This document shows positions 47,101 to 59,100 of a stretch of DNA of 64,000 nucleotides, piece by piece. The notes under the pieces were generated by a model. The model was not told the DNA's origin. It searched no databases and saw only the letters and a list, made by a program, of their open reading frames with translations. Origin of the DNA: Cenarchaeum sp. (GTDB lineage: Archaea > Thermoproteota > Nitrososphaeria > Nitrososphaerales > Nitrosopumilaceae); the NCBI GenBank assembly GCA_963693095.2, contig OY843768.1:320001-384000 (forward strand), read 5' to 3'. How positions within the stretch are numbered: the first letter of the stretch is position 1; every line of letters starts with the position of its first letter. The translations under genes and the position numbers were made by a program.

Positions 47101-50100
47101 TCCGAGCCCACGGTGACGTACACGCAGCCGGGCTCCGGCGGACTTACCGACGTGGCGCCCGAGGGCGGCACGCCCAACAGGATGCAGGGAGCCAGCGTGG
47201 TCGCCTCGGCCCTGGATGGAACGGTGCCCACGATCACGTCCGCCGAGTTTACGGACTCGCACACGATCACAGTCACGTTCAGCGCGGATGTCACGTTCGT
47301 GACGGCCGCCATGCACTATGCTACAGACGACGGGTGGTCGGTGACATCACCGAGTGGCGCCCTGACCGTAGAGTCCGCAGTGCGCACGTCCTCGGACACG
47401 TACACGCTCACGCTGGACAGCAGCGTTGACACCGTGCCTGACAGGGTGTACACGGTTGCCCCCGACGCACAGCTCGCGTCCTTTAGTGGCCAGCCTGTAT
47501 CAGGCGGCATCGCGTCGACTACCGCAGTGTACGACGGGCCGTTTGACGCCGAGACGAGGACGGCGACCACGACGCTCGTCACGTTTGACGGCGGCGCGCT
47601 CGCCGGCACGCTCGACGTGACAGACTGGACGGTCACAGACAACGACACGGCCGACTCGACGGACGTGGTGCTCACGCCATCGAGCGTGGCGACTGCCTCG
47701 GCCAGCGGCGTCGCGACTACGACTGCGGCCACGGCGGGCTCCCCGATTGCCATACCGGGCACCTCGACTGCCACGCACCTGCTCATCACGCACGGGCCGC
47801 TCTCCTCGACGGCGGCCACGCCGCGCGTCGCGTACGTAATGCCTGGCACCGAGCCGACCGGCGGGTTCCTCGCCGAGGGCACCTCTGATGTCGCCTCCGG
47901 CGGCGCCGCGGCGTCAGACGGCGCGCCGCCGACGTTCACGGCGCGAACGGTCACGACGGCGACGATCGACGTCACGTTCAGCGAGCCGATACGCAACACG
48001 CGCAATGATGCGGAAGTCCTAAAGGCGGACAGATGGACGGTGGACAGCACAAGGCCAGGCTTGGTCAGCGCGGCCAACTTTACGCGGGCAGGACTCCCTG
48101 CACCAAACGAAGGCGAGGCGTACACGGTATTTACGCTCACAGTGAGCACTCCATTTGGCGTGGACGCCACGCCCACGGTCGCCTATGTTCGCCCCACCTC
48201 GAACTACCTCGCCGACGCGCTGGAGGAAGGCGGCGGTGACGTTGTCGGGAACAACCCTGTTCCGAACGGCGCGTCGACGACCGCCGCCGACGGCATAGCC
48301 GACACTGCGCCACCGTTCGAGGCCTCGACTGCCAGCCTCACGACGACGCTCGTCACGTTTGACGGCGGCGCGCTGGCCGGCACGCTCGACGTGACGGACT
48401 GGACGGTCACCGAGAACGACACGGACGACTCTGTGGACGTGGTTCGTGCGATATCTCGAGTGGCGACTGCGCTCAACGGCGTCGCGACGTCGACTGCGGC
48501 CACGGTGGGCTCTACTGTGCCCATACCTGGTGGCTCGACTGCCACGCAGCTCCTCATCACGCACATGGGCCTCTCCTCGGCGGCGGCCACGCCGCGCGTC
48601 GCGTACGTAATGCCCGGCACCGAGCCGACCGGCGGGTTCCTCGCCGAGGGCACCTCTGATGTCGACTCCGGTGGCGAGGAGGCCTCTGACGGCGTGCCAC
48701 CTGCGTTCCATGCGGAGCTCACGGAGGCGGGCATGGTGAGGATCGCGTTCACCGAGCCGGTCACCGGCACGACGAGGGCCTCGGAGTGGGCGTTTGGCGG
48801 CGCGTCAGACGGCGCGCTGTCGGAGCGCCGCCTCGCTACGGCCGTGTCGACAGACTTTGATCTGCGCGGCGCCGACGATCTCCTCATCACGCTCGCCTCT
48901 CCACGCGCGCGCACAGACCTGGGCGACGGCGCCGGCGGCACCCTGGACGCCTCTGACGTCACGTACACCCCCCGCGCCACGGGCGCGCTGGAGGACGCCG
49001 CGCTCAACGGGTTCGGCACGGCTGGCTCCCCCGTCGAGGCCACGGCGCTGGTCGACATGGCGCGGCCGACATTTAGCGCCGTGTTCACCTCGGAGACCTC
49101 GATAACGGCGACCTTTAGGGAGACCGTTACTCGCGAGTTGGCGTTCGGGGATGTGGGCGACTGGCTTGTGAGAGGGGGCACCGAGGATCCGAGGGTCTTC
49201 TCGGTCGCCTTTGACGGCGACGACACGTACACGATCAGGCTCGTGGCCACGGACACGAACCCTGTCGCGATCCCCGGCACGGCGTATGACATCATCGCAA
49301 ACGACGAGATCTATGACCTTGCCTCCCCGGCGCCCAACAAGATCAGTGTCGGCACCACGGCGACGGCGATGTACATGCCGCCGACGTTCACGGCGACGCT
49401 CGACTCGCCGACGTCGGTCACCGTCACGTTCTCGGAGGCGCTCAACGGCAGCACGGCGCGCACGGAGTGGAGCGTCGCTGGCGAGACGCCGGCCTCCGTC
49501 ACGGCCGGTTCGGCCACGACATCCGGCGACGGCGCGATCACGATAGGGACGGCGGTCAACCCGATCACGCTCACGCTTGACCCCGACGACGAGCAGGACG
49601 CCAACGCAACGCCGGCCGTGGCGTACACGCCCGCCGCCGGCGCGCTGCTCGACTCCGGCGACGTCGCCCTGGCCCCGACGCGCACCAGCCCCGTCACGGC
49701 CACCGACAAGATCGCCCCGTCCATCGAGTCGGCCACGTTCACAAGGCCCAACATGATCAGGGTCACGTTCACTGAGCCGGTGAGCGGGGTTACCGAGGGC
49801 TGGTCGCTGACCGACACGGTCGGCACGCTTGACGTGCAGAGCGCGGCGCACTCGGGCAGCACGTACACGCTCACGCTGGACGACAACGCCGTGGACGGCA
49901 GATCGTACACGGTGAACGCGCCCGGCGGGATCGTGGACATGGCCGCGGCGCCCAACACGATAGGCGCCGGCGAGACCGAGGATGTGGAGTACGACGAGGC
50001 GTCCGTGGACACCACTCCGCCGACGTTCAGCGCAAGCCTCACGTCGGCGAGCACGGTAGAGATCACCTTTAGCGAGGACGTCGACGGCACGACGGCTAGG

Positions 50101-53100
50101 GGCGAGTGGGCAGTCGCCGGCTCGACTATCGCGTCGCTCTCGCTTACCGACGGCGGAGCCGCCGCGCTCGGCGATCTGATGCTCGAAGAAGCAGGCGAGC
50201 TCTTTATCACGCTCACCGCCGCGCGCGCGGGCACCGACCTGGGCAGCCTGACCGAGGCGGGCGTCACGTACACGCGCCCGTCGACGGGCACCAACATGCT
50301 CCAGGATGCCGTGGGCTACGGCCTCGGCACGCCCGGCACCGCCCTGCAGGCCACGTCACTGGCCGAGGAGATCCCGCCGACGGCCACTGCGTACTTTTCG
50401 GCCGCCAACACGGTCGTCATCAGGCTCTCTGAGGCCCTCGCCGGCACGCCCATGGCCATAGAGGGCTACACGTACGCCGTGACGGTGCCCGACGGTGACG
50501 ACGCTGGCACCGATCCGGATCCCGTGGCGCTGACTACGGCGCCCGGGGTAAAGCCAGTCGACTATGACGCCACTGCGCTCACGATCACGCTCACGCTGGC
50601 AGGCGACGCCGACCTTGGCATCGTGCACACGATCATGCTGCCGACTGCGCTCACCGACATTGCCAGCATCGCGTTTTTCTCGTCGGCCGTGACTGCCACG
50701 TACGCGGTGCCGGACACGACGCCGCCGGGAGTCACTAGCCTCACGGTCACCGTGGCCGACAATATTGGCGGCACATTTGTGGATCGCACGGGAGGTCGTG
50801 CGACATGGGCGAACGCCGGCGACAGGGTCACCATAGCCGTGACGTTCAACGAGGCCGTCGTGACATCGCCGGCGCCGACGATAACGGTGCCTGGCGCGCA
50901 CAGGACACCGACGGCCACGGCGATGGGCGACGCCGGTGACTCTGATGGCCTGACCTGGTCGCACTCGTTCATTGTGGATGCCGCTGACCGCGGTGGTTTC
51001 GGCCTCACCTTTACCATCGTGGCCACGGACACGGCAACTCCCACCGCAAACACAAACCCCGCAACTGGGACAGGATCGATAACACACTCACAGATCACGT
51101 CTGGCAACAATGCCCTGGTGAACGCGCGGCCGCTGGCTCTGTCCTCTGCAGAGTTTACGGGCTCAAAGACGATTCGCATGCAGTTTGACAGTACCATCGA
51201 TATGTCCACCGTCACTACGTCCAACTTTGGGGTCACGGCGCCTGATAACACGTTAACTCCCCATGACACGGACAACATGCCAGACGTGATCACCGTGTCG
51301 AGTGTTGCGCGTACTACCGCCTTTGTCGCCACGGCCACGCTAGGCGCCAATGCGATCCCCGGCGTCGCGTACACCATCGTGCCAACATTCGAAAACAGCT
51401 ATGGTACCCCATTTGACCCCACAACGTGCGCCGCCACGTGCGAACTGACGCACACGCCGCCGTTCAGTGTGGACAAGGTCAGCGCAACCTCCTTTGATGT
51501 GACTTTTAAGGCCAGGGCATCAGGCACGATTCGCGCGTCAGAGATCACCATCGTCGACGCGCCTCACTCCACGACGCAAATACCAGTTGACAGCCTTGGC
51601 GTTCCACCCATGGATCTGTCTAGCACGTACACGTTCACCAACAGGGACGACTTTGTCATTCGAATATCCTCTGCCAACTCCCTGGGGGGCAACTCTGCGC
51701 CGACGTTCACGTACGTCTCGCCGTCCACGGGCGGCCTCACGTTTGGCGGCACGGCACTGCCCGCCGGGACGTGGGTGATCGTCGCAGCTGACAAGATTGC
51801 CCCCGTCTTTAGTGGGGATCCGTCCATTAGCGCTGATGGCACGCGCATGAGCGCCATATTTGACACCCCAGTCGCCGCAGCCCCGACGTCCGTCTTTCGC
51901 GTGTTCACCGAGAGCTCCCAGACGGGGGCTGTCGCAGGCGAGGCCAGGGGCAGTGCCATCTCTGTCTCGTCGACCAACCCCAACGAGGTGTTCGCAACAT
52001 TGAGCCCGCGCCTCAAGAGCGGCACATACTATCCCCTTGTGCAGGCCATTGCGGACACGGCCACGCAGCCAAACCTCTCCGGGATGAGGGGCGGGGAATC
52101 GACAGTCGACTCGTCGGCCCCCGAGATCGACGAGGCGCGCGCGACGAGCGAGCGCACGACGGTCGTCAGGCTTGATGAGGCCGTGAGCGGGACGCTCCGA
52201 GCTGCTGACTGGAGCCTCAACGACGGGACGCTCGAGGCTCCCGTGCCCAGGGCGATCCAGTCAGTCAGGACCGGCGCGCACGGCACAGTCCAGCTGACGC
52301 ACACGCCAACAGTCACGCTCGCCTCGGCGACCGAGTTTACGCTGACGCACGAGGCGATATCAGACACCGCGTCGCCGCCGTACATCCTGTTCGCAAAGCC
52401 CGCGACGCTTCTGGTGGGACAGGCGGCCCTGGCCGACTCGGGCGGCGACCCGATCGATAGCGACCCGTTCACGAGGGCTGAGCTGAGCTCGGTCCCCTCT
52501 GGCACCCCGATACCGCCGCCAAAAAGGGTCATCGACGCCACTCCGCCGACGGCCAATGCGGACTTTTTGGCCGCCAACACGGTCGTCATCACGCTCTCCA
52601 GGGCGCTCGCCGGCACGGTCTCGGCCATAGAGGGCTACACGTACGCCGTGACGGTGCCTGACGGTGACGACGCTGGCACCGATCCGGACGACGTTCCGCT
52701 CGCGGACACAAACCCCGTCGACTATGACGCCACTGCGCTCACGATTACGCTCACGCTGGCGGGCAACGCCGGCCCTGGCATCGTGCACACGATCATGCTG
52801 CCTGCCGCGCTCACCGACACCGACGGCATCGCGTTCTCCTCGTCGACCGTGACTGCCATGTACGTGCCTGATGTGACGCCCCCGACGTTCAGCGCCGAGC
52901 TCAGGGACGCGCGCACGGTGAGGATCGTCTTTGACGAGGACGTCAGTGGCACGACGGCGCCGGCCGAGTGGGCAGTCGCCGGCTCTACGGTCTCCTCGAT
53001 CGCGCCGTCCTCGCCGTCCTTGGCCAGGGAGATCGTCCTCACGCTCGCCCCGGCGCTCGCCCCTGGGCGCCCCTCCACGGACCTGCGCGACCCCGACGGC

Positions 53101-56100
53101 GCCGGCCCGCTCACGGCGCTCATTCCGGCCAACGTGGCCTACACGCGCCCGTCGCAGGATGCCAACGCGATCACGGACCGCGAGGGCAACGACCTCACCG
53201 CCGCCGCCACGGCAGTAGCCGACAGGGCCCCGCCGACGTTCACGGCGCGCACGGTCACGACGTCGACGATCGACGTCACGTTCAGCGAGCCGATACACAA
53301 CACGCTTGGTGGTGCGGACTTTCTGGACGATGATCACTGGACGGTGGACGGCGCCATGCCGGGTGTGCCCACCGCGGCCAACTTTACGCGGGCCGGCCTC
53401 CCGGCGCCAGAAGGCAGCGAGGCGTACACGGTCTTTACGCTCACAGTCGGCACTCCCTTTGGCGTGGACGCCACGCCAGCGGTCGCCTATGTTCGCCCCA
53501 GCTCGAACTACCTCGCCGACGCGCTGGAGGAAGGCGGCGGTGACGTTGTCGGGAACAACCCTGTTCCTGACGGCGCGTCGACGACCGCCGCCGACGGCAT
53601 ACCCGGCCCGCCTCCCCCGTTCGAGGCCTCGACTGCCAGCCTCACGACGACGCTCGTCGACTTTGACGGCGGCGCGCTGGCCGGCACGCTCGACGCGAGG
53701 AACTGGACGATCACCGACAACGACACGGCCGACTCTGTGGACGTGGTTCGTGCGATATCGCGCATTGCGACTGCGGCCGGAGGCGTCCCGTTGTCGCAGG
53801 CGTCGGCGATCCCGTCAAGCCCGGCCGCCATGCAGCTCCTCATCACGCACGATCCGCTCTCCTCGCCGGCTGCCACGCCGGACGTCGCGTACGTGGCCGG
53901 CGACCTGACCGAGGGCGGCACCGCAGTCGACAGCGGCGGAGATGAGGCCTCTGACGGCGTGCCCCCGGCGTTCAGTGCGGAGCTCATGGACACGGGCACG
54001 GTGAGGATCGTGTTCACCGAGCCGGTCACCGGCACGACGATGGCCTCGGAGTGGGCGTTTGGCGGCGCGTCGGGCGGCTCGCTGTCGGCAGGCCCCCCCG
54101 TATCGGCCGTGTCGACGGACATCGAGCTGCGCGACGCCGACGAGCTCTTCCTCACGCTCGCCTCCCAGCGCGCGCGCACGGACCTGGGCGACGGCGCCGG
54201 AGGAACACTGGACGCCGATGACGTCACGTACACCCCCCGCGCCACGGGCGCGCTGGCCGACGCCGCGCTCAACGGGTTCGGCACGGCCGGCTCCCCAGTA
54301 GAGGCCACGGCGCTGGCCGACAGGGCGCGGCCGACCTTTGGCGCGACGTTCACCTCGGCGACCTCGATAACGGCGACCTTTAGGGAGCCTGTTAGCCGCG
54401 CGGTAACGTCCGAGGTAGTGGGCGGCTGGCTTGTGGAGGGGGGCACCGTGAGTCCGGTGGTCCTCTCGGTCGCCTTTGACGACGACGACACGTACACGAT
54501 CAGGCTCGTGGCTACGGACACGATCCCCGGCGCGATCCCCGGCACGGAGTATGACATCATCGCGAACAACGGGATCTACGACCTTGCCTCCCCGACACCA
54601 AACCAGATCGTGGCCGGCACCAGGGCGACGGCGACGTACGCCCCGCCGACGTTCACGGCGACGCTCGACTCGCCGACGTCAGTCACCGTCACGTTCTCGG
54701 AGGCGCTCGACGGCAGCACGGCGCGCACGGAGTGGAGCGTCGCCGGCGAGACGCCTGCCTCAGTCACGGCCGGCGGGACCACGACGTCCGGCGACGGCGC
54801 GATCACGATAGAGACGGCGGTCAACCCGATCACGCTCACGCTGGATCCCGACGACGCGCAGGACGACGACGCGGCGCCGCCGGTGGCGTACACGCCCGCT
54901 GTCGGCGCGCTGCGCGACTCCGGCGGCGTCGCCATGCTGCCGACTTCCTCGCCCCACGTCACGGCAGCCGACATGATCGCCCCGTCCATCGACTCGGTCA
55001 CGTTCACGGACGCCATGACGATATCCGTAGAGTTCACCGAGCCGGTGACAAGGGACACATCGACGTCGGCGCCGGGCGGGACCGGCTGGTCGGTGAGCGG
55101 GGGCCTCACGATATCGACCGTGACATTTGACGATGACGACACGTACACGATCAGCCTCTCGGCACCGGGCGCCACGGACGGCACAGGATACACGATAGGC
55201 GCAGCCGATGGGATAGCCGACAGGTCCCCGGCGGCCAACTCCGTGGACGCCGGCGAGGCCGTGACGGAGACGTACACGGGGCCGGACACCGACCCGCCGA
55301 CGTTCAGCGCAAGCCTCACGTCGGCGAGCACGGTAGAGATCACCTTTAGCGAGGACGTCGACGGCACGACGGCTAGCGGCGAGTGGGCAGTCACCGGCTC
55401 GACTGTCGCGTCGCTCTCGCTGACGGACGGCGGGGCCATCGCGACCGGCAACCTGGTGCTCGAAGACGCAGGCGAGCTCTACATCACGCTCACCGCCGCG
55501 CGCGCGGGCACCGACCTGGGCACCCTGACGGCCATGGGCGTCACGTACACGCGCCCGTTGACGGGCACCAACACGATCCAGGACGGCGCGGACAATCACC
55601 TTGCCTCGACGGCAGGCGACACGGAGGAGGCCACGGCGCTGGCCGACGGGATCCCGCCGACGTTTAGCGCCGAGCTCACCTCGGCGACCACGGCAAGGAT
55701 AGAGTTCAGCGAGGCCACCGGCGGCATGACGGCGGCCTCCGAGTGGGCGTTTGCCGACTCTGACGTCACGTCGCTCTCGCTTACCGACGGCGGGACGGCC
55801 CAGATGGGCAACCTCGCGCTCTCTGGCACCGAGCTCTTTGCCACGTTTGGCATGGCGCGCACGCTGACTAGCCTGGACGACGGCGACGGCAACGGTGACG
55901 GCACCGCCGTGGACATCACGAAAGAGAGAGTGACATACACGCGCCCGTCGACGGGACCCAACACGATCACGGACACCACGGGCAACGACCTGGCCGAGGA
56001 CGCCGGCGACGAGGAGATGGCCACGGCAGTCGCCGACAAGGCCCCGCCGACGTTCACGGCGGCCACGGCGACTACGACGACAGTCGCCGTCACGTTCAGC

Positions 56101-59100
56101 GAGGCGATACACAACTCGGGGGAGCCAGATTTCAAGGGTTTGCGCTGGGAGAACGAGGCTCACTGGCGGGTGGACGGTGCCATGCCGACCGAGGTCATGG
56201 CGGCCAACTTTACGCGGACCGGCGCCCCGATAGGCGGCGGCGGTGCATACACGGTCTATACGCTCACCGTGGCAACCTTTGGCGCAGACGCCACGCCGTC
56301 GATCCTCTACGTGCGCCCCTCCGAGTTCTACCTCGCCGACGCGCTGGTTACAGACGATCTTGACAATCCCGGCAACAACCCCGTCCCGTCCACGCCCACC
56401 GGCATGCCAGTCGTCGCCACCGACGGCATACCTCCGCTGGTCTCCTCGGCGGCCACGACGAGCAGCGAGACGACGGTAGTAACGTTTAGCAACACGCTCG
56501 ACTCCGGAACAACAGATGCCGCAGACTGGACGCTCATGCCCGGCCCAATCAGCGTCACCTCGCTGCGGGCCGGCATGCATGCCGAGGCCGACGCCACGCC
56601 GTCGACGACGCTGGACATGTCTGCAGTCACGTCGACTGACATGATAACGCTCGTACACCCCACCATAGGCACCGGCGTCAGGCCGATCGTGCAGTACGAC
56701 GGGACGGGAACGATAACGGCCTCTGGTCAGCCGGGCAACGTGCCGGCCACGCTCGACCCGCACATCACGGCCACAGACGGAGTCGCGCCGCTCGTGAGGA
56801 CTGCGACATACGCTGACACCAACCGCGAGATAACGCTCACGTTCAGCGAGGGCCTTGACGCGACTACGGCAGTGGCGGCCAACTTTGAGGTGCGCGGGTT
56901 CACCGAGCCCACGACGCGCTCGGACGCGCTGGCGCTCAACGCGGCACACGGCACGGCCGGAGTCCTCTACACGGCCGGCGACTCGGCCTCTGACCCCTCC
57001 ACGGTCTCGATCCGCCTGAACGCAGACGACACGTACGACGAGTACAAGGTCATCATCGATGCAGCAGTCACGGACACGGCGACTAACCCATACGTGCCCA
57101 TATCCAACCCTGACGGGGACGCGGCGACTGACGACAGCGACATCACGGTGCAAAAGACCGACATGACTGCCCCGCGGGCCATGGCCCTGTCCGTCGTCGT
57201 CTACGACGGCCCGCCGGGCGCGAGCACCGAAAAGACCGGCGATCACAGGAACTTTGCCGGCATCGGCGACACGGTTCGCGTGGACATCACGCTCGATGAG
57301 AACGCCGCCGGCGTGCCGACCATAGACATAGCTGGCGCGACGGGCATATCGATGGCCGACAGGGGAGACGGCTTCGCGACGACATGGCGCCATGACCTCA
57401 CCGTGTCGACCACGACGGCCGAGACGGCATCGCTGGACTTTACGATAAGGGTCACTGACGGTATGAACTCTGGCCAGATAACTGCCACGACAGGGCACGC
57501 GGAGACGCTGATGGTCAGCCAGCCGACCATAGACAGGACGGCTCCGACGGCCTCGTCGGTCACGACGAGCGTCAGGCTCGAGGGTGCGGGCGCCGATGCG
57601 GCATCAGGCACCGTGGCCGGCATCGACGACGAGCTTCGCGTGACGCTCACGGCCAGCGAGGCGCTCGACGCGCAGGCCACTGACATTGCGCTCTTTGGCC
57701 TGACAGGCGCCAGCATCGTCAACGCCGACTCTGTCGCAGGCGCCGGCGCCAACGCGTACACGTACGTGCGCACGATAGCGGCCACTGACGTCGACGGCCC
57801 GATCGAGTTCACCATCACGTTCCGTGACAGGGCAGGCAACGAGTCAGCCGCGGCGGCAACGCACACCACGGCGAGCCCGCGCGTGACAGTCGACGCCACG
57901 GCGCCGACCCTCTCGTCTGCCGTGACGGTATCGACGAGCACGCTCACAGTCACGCTCTCTGAGGCAGTCACGGGAACGTCCATGGGCGGACACTGGTCGG
58001 CAATCGACACGGATCCCGCCGTGACGGCCGCAATCTCCGCAGCCGACGTCTCGGGCAGCACGGTAACGCTCACGTACACGGCGATCGAGGACACGTCGTT
58101 CAGCCCAGAGGTCACGTACACGGCACCGTCCTCTGGAGCGCCGGCTGACGCGGCGCGCAACGCGCTGGGCGGCAGCCCCGTCACCGCCGCTGACGGCGTG
58201 AGGCCGACGGCCACGGCGGCCTTTGTGGGCAACTCTATCCTCATAACGTTCAGCGAGCCTGTCGACAACGTGATGCCGACGCTGAGCGTCAGGCAGCCCA
58301 ACGGATCGATCTCCCTGCGCAATGTCGTCCACACCGACGGCACGAGCACTGCGACAATACGCATCACCGATTTGACGATAGAGACCGGCACGTGGCAGGT
58401 CATCATACCGGCCAGGGTCACCGACGCGTCTGACAACGTGCGCGCCACGGAGACCGTGGATGCCATGCGCACCGACGCGCCGACGGCGACAGTGGCATAT
58501 GAGGTGCAGGACATGACCAGCGGCAACGCGAGGCCCTCGCCGTTCCAGAACCACGCGCGCGCCGGTGACGTGATCAGGCTCTCGCTCACGCTCAGCGAGG
58601 CAGTCACCATGGCACCGACTGTCCTCTTTGTGGGCAAGACTGACCTTCCGGACACGACGGCAGATGACGCCAACACGGTAACCATGATACAGGAGGGAAG
58701 CACGATGGAGTGGCGCGCACCGTACACCGTCGAGACTGCCATGCAGAACTCCAACCTAGTCGACGGCCCGTTCACGTTTGTGGCGACGCTCAGGGGCAAC
58801 ACGGGCGCGGTGGGCATGGTGACAGAGGCCTCGATGACGCCGCCGACAATAGACCGCATGGTGCCGACGATCTCATCGGCAGCGTTCACCGAGTCCAACA
58901 CGATCGTCATCACGCTCTCCGAGCCACTCGCCGGCACCGACTCGGCGATCGAGGGATACGACTACACCGTGACGGTGCCTGACGGTGACGACACGGGCAC
59001 CGATCCGGACGAAGTCGCCCTCGCGGCCACAGACCCGGTAAACTATGACTCCACGGCCCGCACGATCACCCTCACGCTCGCAGACGGCGCGGCTGCCGAT

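Noticed and set aside
24094-56430. Diversity-generating retroelement or CRISPR explanation for the repeats
   Set aside because: No reverse transcriptase or cas gene in the window, differences between copies are not visibly adenine-restricted and include indels, and the repeats are long in-frame coding modules rather than repeat-spacer arrays.
46126-57369. RGD integrin-binding motifs in the giant protein (~46126, ~57361)
   Set aside because: A couple of hits in more than 15,000 Gly/Asp-rich residues is expected by chance, and paralogous modules have other residues there (e.g. NGD).
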